This document shows positions 49,268-61,428 of a stretch of DNA of 64,000 bases, in pieces. Position numbers and translations under genes: made by a program. Source of the stretch: Eledone cirrhosa (Eukaryota). How positions within the stretch are numbered: position 1 is the first letter of the stretch; the number at the start of each line of letters is the position of its first letter. The notes under the pieces were generated by a model, which ran no database searches, had not been told where the DNA came from, and saw nothing but the letters and a program-made list of their open reading frames with translations. The stretch is from positions 122,140,001 through 122,204,000 of the forward strand of contig OZ024742.1 in assembly GCA_964016885.1 (NCBI GenBank), read 5' to 3'.

Positions 49268-49470
49268 GGGCGGTGGATTGGCAGTATCGGTGGAGGGTCG
49301 GACTCCGTGATTTCCAGCATAGTTACGTCCCTTTACGATCTGAGTTCAAATCCCGCCGAGGTTGACTTTGCCTTTCATCCTTACGGGGTCGATAAAATAA
49401 AGTACCGGTAATCAACTGGGTAATTGCTGGCCTTGTGCCTAAAGTAGAAACAATTATTATTATTATTATT
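49267..49470 (+). mobile_element. Full-length tRNA-derived MetaSINE-like SINE
   Basis: A and B boxes, Meta-like core, (ATT)n tail; begins immediately after the Tx1 (ATT)n tail. Confidence 0.88.
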
Positions 49471-49666
49471 GTTTTAACAACAACATCAACAATTGAAATA
49501 ACAATAATAATAATAATAATTGTTTCTACGTTTGGCACAAGGCCAGCAATTACCCAGTGCATTAAAGTACCAGCAATGCACTGGGTAATTGCTGGCCTTG
49601 TGCCTAACGTAGAAACAATTATTATTATTATTACTATTATTACAATTGTTGATGTTGTTGTTAAAA
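49471..49666. repeat. Palindrome of two SINE 3' ends head-to-head (~92-bp arms, 11-nt spacer)
   Basis: ...acccagtgcatt aaagtaccagc aatgcactgggt...; the arms extend through the tail into a (caa)-rich flank. Confidence 0.85.
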
Positions 49667-50559
49667 TCTAAAATGGCAGGTGGTATCTTATAAGAGAAAA
49701 CCAGACAACAAGACGAGCAAGTAATGTTTCTATTATGAAAAGAAATATATGGTCGAATGTAAAGAGACTCGCCTACTATACAACGACTGTGGCATTTCCT
49801 GAACTGGATTATGAACAGCAGTGAACACTATTAAACATCGCGTCATGTAAGACAGAATGATAAGAAGGAGGCTGAAATGGTGAAAGAATGTGGGAGAGCT
49901 CAAGAGTGAAAGACTCGTACAAGCGGCAGTAAAAGATACTAATTTTTTTTGCCAATACCGAGCACAGCATTACAACAAATGAACATAAATACGTATAGGA
50001 CTAGAAAAAATGTTTTTAAAAAATGATGAGAAGCTATGACAACACGATTATACAAATGAGATGTTTAAAAAGTGTCATGGTGAGAATGATAGCGTGAGAA
50101 TCAGATGGGGAGAAAACTGAGTTTATAATAAGAAAAGAAAAATTAAATATAAATGAACACAAATTGAAATGGAAGAGGGAAAGGAAAAAAATACAATCTG
50201 CATACAGCTTATAAAAACTGGCCAACCACTGACTTCTAGTAGATAAAATGGAATAGAACTTCAATGAATACTTTAACAACGTGCCACGTTAAGTATTGAT
50301 ACATAATACCTTTCTACTAGTGAAAACATAAATACGAACGAAAGTGAATATGGCAGAATGTATTTTAAATGACCGATATGACCTCACTACCATGAAAATG
50401 AATAAAGCTTTTCCAATAATAATGTTACAAATTATCTAAGAGTATTATGATTTGTCAGTATTACATTAGACATTCATAAAATGGTTAAATTGAGGCAAAT
50501 TGTGGTCTTTCCAATTTAATTTGACGATGTAAATCAGCGCCAATGCACATTTTTACTTA

Positions 50560-51070
50560 TTCATGTCATGAGGCGTCTTTGTACTAGATGTTCAACTTGA
50601 ACATCTCTGAACCAATTTCTGAAGATAAAAATGTAGAAGGGTATGAAAGCCAAGTGGAATTATTGATCAAAAGGCTTAGCATGTTATTAATTTGGTGTCG
50701 GATATTTAATAGTTTAGTTAAAGGAGGGTGAGAAGTGGTTATAATCTTTTTCACGGCCTCTCTAACAAGAGGAAAAAGGAAAGAACTGCTTAGACCGGGA
50801 ATTTGTTGTAAATTCCTCTAACAGTGGATACATTCGGCAACCCAATGGTCAAGTTGTTGTGTTAAACTCAGTGATTAGGGAAGTCTAAAATTCTAAAACA
50901 AGAAAGATCCCTCCTATAGGTTTTCACATCATTTTCCCGTCTACGAAATTTCACTTCCAGGGTTGCTGTCGAACCGTGGCTTGATAAAATACGTTTGAAT
51001 ATAATGCTGTGAAGTGGGTCAAAAGCCGAGGCCGGGTAGTTACAAAGTAAACATCCTAACAACCCAGCCA
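50560..51070 (-). pseudogene. Old L2-like RT remnant
   Basis: PASAFDPLHSIIFKRIL resembles DLSAAFDTIDHSILLxRL. Confidence 0.4.
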
Positions 51071-52099
51071 TACTTACATAAGTAAAGTGTAGTGGAGTTT
51101 GTAAACACTATTAATTATGAGAAGTATCCGATGGCTGTAGAGAGTTGAAGAGCGAGTATTTTCTAATCAGACAGAATATCTATTTTTAATGTTGTTTTGA
51201 ATATTAGTATACTGTGAGCAGTACACTAATATTGACTCGAAAATTAATATTTTAGATGATTGATAATTGGTATATCATGATCTTATTTTACATAACAGCT
51301 TTCGGTTTTTGTACATTTCTGTACAAATGCTGTTGATACGGAAACCATATCGTGTACCAGGTTTTAATTCACTCTTATCCGTGTCTGTATCACTATCACA
51401 CAGATATATGTAATACACTTAGGTTCTTCGTACCACCGAAGTCATCATTATCTCTGTGCCTAACAAATCTTTTAGTTACTGTGTAATAAATACAACCCAA
51501 TGAATGAAAGGACCAAATCTCTATATTTCTATTCACTATATATGCACATTACAATAATTATGAAGTATGTAAATTTAGTAAATTATAGTATTTTGTCCTT
51601 ATTTCTAAACTTTTATACTAGCTTATGAAGGTTCTGTTCGTCAAAACATTTTACTAATATCTTCCTGGATATAATTCTCTTCAAGACTACGGATCTGTAG
51701 TTATTTATGTGCGCTCTACAGAGAGTTCATGAATCGTGGTTATCATTTCTTTGAACAATTTTGGCAAGAATTCAGCGTCTGAATAGCTCTGACAGTGTAT
51801 TTTAAGTATTTTAAGAGAAGAGCAGCTAGGTCAAATATTCTTCGAACCGGGTTTGCGTCAAGACAGCTTATTGATTCAGTTATCTCCATTCCTGTTATGG
51901 TTATATACGTTAAGTTGCTTTGAGAATCGTTTCGACATTGAAATGTCCAATTACTGCTCTTTGCTTCGGAGAGGATGCTTTCGCAATGTTCTTGGAAAAG
52001 ATAGCTAATCTAGGAAGGATCATTTGTATACAGTAGTTCACATTTTCATTTAATTCAAGACTACAGATTCACGCACACATCTCTGGATTTGTATTCTTA

Positions 52100-52410
52100 C
52101 ACTTAAACTAACCTCCCCATCACTATCTCGTAATGTAAATCCCATGTTTTATAATTGTCTTTCAGTACATCGTCTATGACGTTTGTGATTATTCTTATTT
52201 TTGAAGTGTATATCTGGGATTTAGCTAATCGTTGCATATTATAAGCAAACATACGCACAACGTTATCAATGAGAGACAGGTTACCTATATAGCTTTTATT
52301 ATGTAGTAACACTGAAAAATATCTCTGTTCATCATAGTATATGTAACGCATTCGAATGCTCAAAGTTCATGAGACGTGGGATCAATTGCCTTAGTGTAGG
52401 TATATGAATT
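52100..52410 (-). pseudogene. Old CR1/L2-like RT remnant
   Basis: YTKAIDPTSH and YIGNLSLIDNVVRMFAY resemble KAFDxVxH and YINDL...VRMFADD. Confidence 0.35.
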
Positions 52411-52549
52411 GAAATTAAGGACATCAGATATGTTGCTTAGCTGCTATCAAATTATTGGTCGTGTACTGAGAAATAGACTTGACTCATTGGATTGCATTAT
52501 CTATTTTATAATAAAGTAAAGCTCGTCCATTTTTCAAATATATTTATAT

Positions 52550-52700
52550 CACTAAAGGCGTGTCGTTCGGGCGTCGGAGTAAACTGTTTCGGCATTTGTT
52601 TCGGCTGACTGCACTCTCAATTCAGATCTCGCCGAGAGCAAGTTGGCCTTTCATACTATGAGGGTCGATAATGAAACTTCCTATTCCGTAATAGGATCGA
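52550..52700 (+). mobile_element. Old MetaSINE-like copy
   Basis: ttcagatctcgccgag..ggcctttcatactatgagggtcgataatgaa. Confidence 0.55.
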
Positions 52701-53483
52701 TTTTTCCTCTGTCGCTTTCTGTGGAAGAAGTTGGTTGCGTTCCAATTCCACAGGGATGGGCTCCATCAGGTTTGAAATGTTCTAGACACGACATGTGTTA
52801 AGACTGTGCCCATACCGATACACCATGAACTAGAGATAATTAACCTACCTTATACAACATTTTCTCCATTTGTATCTCTCAGATGGACGTAACTGTACAT
52901 CCAAGAATTTTTTCAGATATAATTTATTTTTGCTATGACTGTGCAGCCAGTAATTTCTACCCGCTTATAGCATAATCCTCAGAGGTTTCTGTTAAGCTTC
53001 TTGTTTCATTATATTTTCGAATTTTTTCTATCCTTGCAATAACAATAAACATGCACAGCTAAAAACCACATCTTCAGATGTTAGACTTAATCCTATCTTT
53101 TGAAATCTTTTCTATCTAAAGGTGTTGTCTTATGTACAAGGTTTTTTTCTCTCCAAATGTCTTTACTATGGGGTTTAATGTATGGGATTTTACCTTTGAC
53201 TTAAAACATGTTCAGTGTACATTTGTTATTTTGATATATATATATATATGGAAAAGAATGAAACGAAATTTAATTTCTCACACTTAGTACGGCTGATACC
53301 TAAATATACGTATATATATGTGTACAGACGTACATGTATACATACATGCACACATACATATATGTACCTATGGGTTTACCGAACATTTATAATGTAAGGT
53401 TTGTTTGTAAACAAACAGCCCGAATTACGCCGTACTGTGCTCGGCAACTATCGTCGCCCTTTTGTTCAACACTGGCACAGGAA

Positions 53484-53524
53484 CGATGTACTAGTTTCAA
53501 GCTTAGTAGCTATCGTCAGCATCG
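53484..53524 (-). ncRNA. Minimal type I hammerhead ribozyme
   Basis: cgatg CTGACGA t agct-acta-agct t GAAA ctag TA catcg. Confidence 0.88.
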
Positions 53525-53909
53525 TATACCTTTATGTCAGATCATTGAACATTTGAAAGTATATACTTTCCTCATGCATATTAACGGCTGGGGAGTCTAA
53601 TTTGCATATCGAGTGAGTAGTCGGCCGAGCGTACCGAAAACGATAAATGGAAAAGAATGAAACGAAATTTCATTTCTCACTCTTAGTACGGCTGATACCT
53701 AAATATAAGTATGTATACGTACATACATATATGTGTACAGACGTACAGTAGTATGTATATATATATACATGAGCACATACATATAAGTACGTATGGGATT
53801 ACCGAACATTTATTATAATGTTCGGTTTGTTTGTAAACAAACAGCCCGAATTACGCCGTACAGTGCTCGGTAACCATCGTCGCCCTTTTGTTCAGCGCTG
53901 ACACAGGAA

Positions 53910-53950
53910 CGATGTACTAGTTTCAAGCTTATTAGCTATCGTCAGCATCG
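53910..53950 (-). ncRNA. Minimal type I hammerhead ribozyme
   Basis: cgatg CTGACGA t agct-aata-agct t GAAA ctag TA catcg. Confidence 0.88.
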
Positions 53951-55163
53951 TATACCTTTCTGTCAGATGATTGAACGTTTGGAAGTATATATTTTCCTTA
54001 TACATATTAACGGCTGAGCAACTTAATTTGAATATCGAGTGAGTAGTCGGCCGGGCGTACCGGTAATCTTTAATTTAAAGACACTGCGAGCGAAGGATTC
54101 GTTTTCATAAAGGGCTGAGGCACTAAAAATGTCTTCATTAGTTGAGAGACCGGAGATTCTAAGTGAGACACTTTTAACTAAGTTATCAGTAATATTTATG
54201 GCGTGGTTCTAATTAACATCCATGTATCTAAGGATTCATTAGGTTTGCGGTAATAGAGGGTATTTGCCTTTGCATTACAGTGTATATATTTCTCTAAATA
54301 TAGTTTCTCCAAAGAATCCCTTGATCAATGACCTCCACCCATCCCAAACACCGCCCTCCCTTACCATCAGAATAAGTATAAATACCACCATATCACAATG
54401 ACACTCGGCTTCCTTCGAATGAAACAGTTGTAGTCCTGTAGAAGCCATTCCTATATTAAACATATATATATATATTCTGCACATCCCCATGAATAGAGTA
54501 ATACCCTGACGAGGTTTCCACTGTATCAACACTGCAGACAATATATATATATTAGTATTGGTGCCGTGAAATAGCGATGTATACATGAATGTATGTAAAG
54601 TATGATTGGCAAATACTGCATGGTTAATTAAACATATTTTGCAGACCATGAGTTATAAATTAGCGACTATGTCACTTACTTATTCTCGGCGTTTATCAAG
54701 ACCATACACTCCCTTACTTCTGCAGAGAATTATAGAAGTTGGATTCTTATAGAATTCCAGTAATATTTAAGCGCTGATTAAACAGAGCGATTGCCGGTCC
54801 AGAAAAAATTAAGTTTAAGTATTGGTGCTCTGAAATAGCGATGTATACATGAATGTATGTATAGTATATTCGGGAATATACTGTATGTTTAATTAAAAAC
54901 ATTTTGAAGACCGTTCGCTATGAACATTAAAGTGGTGACTATGTCACTTACTTATTCTCGCCAAAAACAAAATGTTTTGCTTTCCGCTTGTCCCCTTATG
55001 ACCTTATTATCAATTAGTAGTTATCATAACTTACCTATTCTATTCTCCTTCTCAAAGAATATCCCAGCGGCTCACTCGACCTCATTAGACTTTTGCTATG
55101 TATTCTTCGGAGCTTCTCTCATTAGTTTTCGATAGTTCAAGATATGCATAATTTCTTAGTGTA

Positions 55164-55207
55164 TAAGGGTGTATTTATAACTCAAATGAGTTATAAATAC
55201 ACCCTTA
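55164..55207. repeat. Perfect 21-bp inverted repeat with a 2-nt loop
   Basis: taagggtgtatttataactca aa tgagttataaatacaccctta. Confidence 0.9.
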
Positions 55208-55638
55208 ATATCTCAAACTTACAATGACGTGTTTTCTACTACGAAACTTATTTCTCATTGAATTCTGTTGCATACCAAATCTATTTTTATAAACGAAAGT
55301 GGAGAAGTGTTGTCTTAGAATTGTAACCTTTGGTTTTGTGACCTACACAAAATATATATAGTAGGTTATACGTCACACTCATAGCCGAATTGGGTGAACT
55401 GAAGTGATATATCATTATCATTAGTAATTGTTGGCTAATAGATAGAGCACAGTAAATTTAACTATTCTGAAGTACAATAATTCATCTTTTACTGTGCAAT
55501 ATAATGATGTAAGGTGAAATAAATTGCTCAGAATAACTAAGTGATGTTATCTAGAACATGTAATGGTGGTAGAAATATGCGATACACACTCAGAGACACC
55601 CCCATACACACACGCATACACACACACACACACACACA

Positions 55639-55695
<57 letters not shown>

Positions 55696-56259
55696 CGTGT
55701 GTGATCGTGAGTTTGCATTTAGTATCGTGTTTAACCCAAGGCAAACATCGTACAAAATGTAATCTTGCTGACTGAGGACGGTTATGATTCATGCTCGATC
55801 ACTAAATCTATATTGCAAATATCCTTTCAAAAGCAAGTACCACATAGAAGTAAATTTGTCCATTTTCTCTAAAATATAGTTATCTTGAGCTTATTGATAT
55901 GCAAAGCAATATCTTAAATTGACGCAAATGAAGCATACTGAACGCAGATAACAGGAACATTTGTGTAGGTTGAAATATTGGTTTCAAGTCTATAGCATTG
56001 AATTGTTTAATGCAATGAGAAAAAATGTTTTGATTTAATGTAAGTTAAAATATCTGAAAGGATATGTTATGTATCAAAGGTATCTTGATCGAAGAACACA
56101 AATGCAATGAAAAGCTTGCAACAGCCACTATTTCCATTCATGTTTTACAAAGTTAATGTCAAAATATATTATCAGTATCTGGTGTTGATAGTACGAGATT
56201 CGTTAAGATAAAGAGTAGAAAAAAGATGAAGCATCAATCAATGTATACATTCATAATTT

Positions 56260-56346
<87 letters not shown>

Positions 56347-57106
56347 TTTTATCATAGAAATTACTTATACAGGCTAGAACTCTTTCATTCTTAAGACATC
56401 ATCAAGAACGTTTTGAGGATCGATGGCGTAGTTTCATTACTGTAGAAGCAATTTCTATAATAAAATGAATATGCCTAATCTCTACTAACGTATTTAGTAC
56501 TTGTTTTAACAGGGTGTGTGTGCATGTGCATTATGTAAAGACAGTCTCTTGGGTTACTGGTGACATGTAACCCATTACAAGCTGTCACATGGTCGGGTCG
56601 CCGGTGACTAAACCACCACCCTCACTAAGTCTGTTTGGGATATTTAACCCACTGCAGGATGAAAAGCAAAAGCCAACAATGAATGAAGTAAGTCATGAGA
56701 GTCAATAGTCATCCAATTATATGTACACACACCGGGTCGTAAACATATTGGGGTGGGTGTCCAAGGGCTGCAGTAAGCCCAATGAGAAATGTCAAGACAT
56801 CAATCAAGAAGAAGGCTAACTCGTATATAAAAGCCGCTGCTCTTCTGAACCAGATATCTTGCAATTTACTTGCCGCTGGTCTTCTTGGCATTGCTAGTGA
56901 AAGCCCTTGTGGTGTTGTGCTATCCGCCTCGACTTAAAAGCAGTGCACCGGCATTGCTGAGACTCAACACTTAATATATTAATTTATTTACATTTAAAGT
57001 CTAGTGGCGATGGGATGGTAGTGACGCGCATAGATCTGGTGGGTGTAGGTCCGTAGCTATCGACTTGCACTTGCACGCTGGCAGCTCACGGTGGATACAG
57101 AGATCC

Positions 57107-57185
<79 letters not shown>

Positions 57186-57844
57186 TTGTATGGTTGCAAG
57201 AAAAATGCCTCCGTAGGTTGAACACTCGATGCTCGCGCAGAGCAGAGTATAAAAATATAAGGATAAGGAACAATGATTCAGTGTTGCATCATAACATATT
57301 TAATAACATATTACATATGTTTCATTATGATAAGATCGTGGAATGACATTATAGATCGAACCTGACTCTGTAATCGAAAGATCGTCAGATATGCTTATTA
57401 CATAATCTCGTCTCCGATTCTATGTGTTAAAATCTCCAGCTATCAGCTATCTACAGCTCATTTCGACGTCATGGCATACCACGTCCGATCATTGGTTCAA
57501 TTATCCCATCATCATCATTGGTCTATCATCGAGGTAACGCCCGCCTGTAGTCCGGTCAAGCTGTCGTGTGCGTTGATGCGTTGGAGGTTGTTGGCCTGCC
57601 ATTTACTGGTAGATTTAATGCTCATATACCTCCGATATCCCCACATATATATACATATACATACAGGCACATTGACACACATATACACATACAACACTGA
57701 ATCCTTGTTCTTTATCCTTATAGTGTATATATTATATATAAATATATATATATATACACTGTTTGTGCATGTACCATATATATTGCAAAACTCATTGTGT
57801 ATTTTTTCTATGGCCTGCCATGCGTATATCATCAGATCATGACA

Positions 57845-58150
57845 TAAGACATTGACTATACAACTGTCAGGTTGTGACTTCGATTCTCGAATCGGGCGTC
57901 TTTGAGTAAGACTTCCTATTTAACATTGCTCCAGTATACTCGGCTGTAGAAACGAGTTGAGACGTTATTGGCGATCTATCAGCCATTTCCTTTCCCATGG
58001 ATAACATTGATAATGTAGAGAAAGGAGGCTTCATTGCATGTGTGACTGCCAGTCTTCCTAAAAAAACCTTGGCCAGACTTTGTGCCAAGGAGGGGATCTT
58101 TCTAGGTACAAAGCCCATGCTCATTCGTGATCGAAGGGTGTCTCTACCTA
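57845..58150 (+). mobile_element. Second, old tRNA-derived SINE family (CORE-like middle)
   Basis: Degenerate B-box cttcgattc followed by tttgagtaagact..ttaacattgctccagtatactcggctgta. Confidence 0.45.
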
Positions 58151-60842
58151 CTAACTAGCTTCAGGGATTGCATAATATAACATAACATTCCATTTCCTTA
58201 CCCTTTTTCTTAAGATGTTTAGCTTTTGCTTCTAGTCAAAATTTAACCTATGGTATCTGAGTAATGTTAGTGCAAAAAATGTTGTAACAGTAGCATTGTA
58301 TATAGTTAATACATTGTACCAATCATGAGGGAAATGAGATATAATGTGAATTTGCTAGAAAAGAATAAAAAGCAACAAATCTTGAAGCTTTAGAGTTATT
58401 TAATTTGGATAGTTATATCAATATAATTCACTATACCCTCAGGTCAAATAAATCATGAAAGATGTTGGTGTACCTATGATTAATAGCAACTCATATAATT
58501 TGGTCTCCGACTGATAATCGTGACTTCTGTATTTTCAACGGAAAAATGTTGAAATACCAAAAACATGATTCTCGGTAGAACTTGCGAGACAAAGATCTAT
58601 AATGTATAGAAGAATTGTAAGATATATATTTTAAGGAACATCAATTGTTAGAAATTCATAATTGATCAAACAAACCTACACACATTTATAAATATCCTTC
58701 ATATTAACATATATTTACTCTCTATCTCTCTCTCACACACACACGTACGCACGCACACGTACACACGCACATACGCACCCACACTCACACACATATAGAA
58801 ACACACACACGCACTCACACACATAAACACACACACGCACACACACACACACATATATATATACGCATTTAAGTAAATATCAATGACATTGAAGTTCCGT
58901 GAAGTTTTATTTCGTTATGGAAAGTGGATGACAGACAAATATTCTCATGGATCGGAAGGCATTCGTTTGCAGGCATAATATTCAAATGATCGTTCCAAAC
59001 AGCAACGTTCTTTGCATCAATTCTTTAGTTTCTGTGTGTCATTGCAACTAACTAGAGCACTTCCTTAATCAGGGAATATTCTGTCCTTTCTACTGGAGTC
59101 TCTATATATCCTGTAGCCTACGTTTGTGATATATTTAATCCGTCATTTGCTTTTATTTCAATAATTCATAGAAGGTCTCAGGTTTAGCATATCAACCTCC
59201 GCCACTCACACCCTTAAAAAGAGTCTGAGTAGTGTTATTCCCCTTGTGTAAACGCCAAAATTGTCTAATGCCTAATGTTTTCGTCGGGTAGACATGGTTT
59301 AACTAATTCGTGGATCAGCGTATTAATGAAGGATGATTTAATTGGAAGCTTTTACACGCATTTGATATACTGAGGGGTGCTAGAGAGATATGTATCTTGA
59401 TCTCTCTGGAAATTCAATCATTTTTCTAAGACGGCTTAAGACGAAATTATAGATATGCAGCGTCTTAAATGCGAAGGAGATTATTGTTGCGAGAAACTGA
59501 CGAAGGGCATGTCGACATCAGACAGCATTCCCAGAATTGATCTAAAATATAAACTTCTAAGTGCATTGTCCATATGCAATATAATCCATGTGTTAGGTAT
59601 GAACGCAATACCTATAAAAATGTTATATATGTATGTAGATACTATGTGATAACATACTCTTAATTATTGAAATCGAAATGCCCCTATAAATATGAATTAA
59701 TATCATATTTGTTATTCTATCATGGACAAAATCTTCATGTAATCCTACAATGACTTTGGTTAATGGCTAGGCCTTAGTTTTGTGGTATACACTATTTATA
59801 TATGTAGGGACTTACGATAAACTTAATAAAGGATTTTGGTAAACAAAAATGCGATACAAAAGAGAAATCGAATAATTAATTAGAAATTTTAAATAATTTT
59901 TAAAAATTCAAAGCAGGAAGGTTTTCTAAATCTACACTGAACAATAACTTTACCAAACTATATTTATTCTTGCAGACAGGAAATACATTAGATCACCAGT
60001 GTAAATTATGTATTGCAATTAAGCTCAGGTCTGTATCTAGGCCGATAATTATATACTAATTATGTTATGTTGATTCGATTTAAAGTATGAAATTAATAGG
60101 TTTGGTAGCTCTAATTGCCTCGATACTCTCTCCTTCAATCATCTAGTTTATTCCACAAAGAATCGTTGGAAGATAGTAGGGGATGTAGAAATGGGTAAAT
60201 ATATAATTTATTCACATTATGTGTGAAATAAGATGTAATTCCATTATAGATAGAAACGAAGGGATCGCAGAATCCGAACGAATTAAAATTCATCAAGGCT
60301 GTAAGAAGGAAAATTGAAGGCAAGTCAACGAGAGTAAGTTCGTACTACACGGCACCCTCATTGCTGTTAAATATACGATAGCACACTCCAGTAATTTAGA
60401 TAATGTATTCTATCTATATATGTGTGTCGCTGCTATACTTTGTATTTAGACGTCTGAAGATATGCGCAAGTACTTAAAATTATATTTGAAAATAATCTGG
60501 AATGTGAATATATATTCTTGATTCATTTCAATCAAATTTGTACACATATTCAATACATAAGGAATTGGGGCAATCTAAGAAATACGTTTTATAATGAGTG
60601 ATTCTGAACATTTTGTGTTATTAACTGCTGGGATTATAACTTTGGAGTGTGTTTTTTTTCTTTCTGATTGTTTTTGCCGTTCACTCGGGATAAATTGAGC
60701 CGGCACACACCAGTGAAAGCAATACTGGAAATATGGGTTTGGCATGCGTCTCATACTGCATACATGAATATTAGTGAACGAAGTAATTAAAACTGCTTTA
60801 TTCATTTAAATATCATATAGGTAAAAAATGTGAGTGAAAAGA

Positions 60843-60845
<3 letters not shown>

Positions 60846-60916
<71 letters not shown>

Positions 60917-61300
60917 GGATGAAGCGGTATATAAATAAACAATAAAAAATAGTTTCCTCACGATCGTTTGTACCTGCTGCCTCTTTCGATAAAAAAAAAT
61001 AAAGAGGATTGGTAAAGTTGAAGATTGAATATTTGTTATCAAATATTTGGAGTGTTTGTGGGGAGGATACGTCAATGCACACTTCATAGTCATAATTCCG
61101 TTGTTTCTGATGTGTAAAGTGAGAAAAGAAAAATACTTTTTTCGGTCTAAGAAGCCGAACTATATTTAAATGAGAGAATGTAGAATTAACCATCGTCATT
61201 ATAAGACAATTAGTAGAGGGGAATTTAAATAGCTCGTTACCAACAGCTGCACAAATATTTGCAGTTCTGACAGAAGGAGCAACAGCTGAAATATTAGCAA

Positions 61301-61394
<94 letters not shown>

Positions 61395-61428
61395 CACAGT
61401 AGCATAAGCATTTGTAGTAGTAGTAGTA
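60846..61428. repeat. (GA)n and (GCA)n/(GTA)n microsatellites
   Basis: 60846-60913 and 61298-61428. Confidence 0.95.

Larger units (their letters stand above)
53250..54063 (-). mobile_element. Retrozyme-like tandem dimer (two HHRs 426 nt apart) next to (TA)n
   Basis: Units start at 53250 and 53649; no credible ORF; homologous to 24946-25570. Confidence 0.85.

Noticed and set aside
54505-54575. CTGACGA...GAAA pair
   Set aside because: Interrupted by a TA run, with no stem I or III
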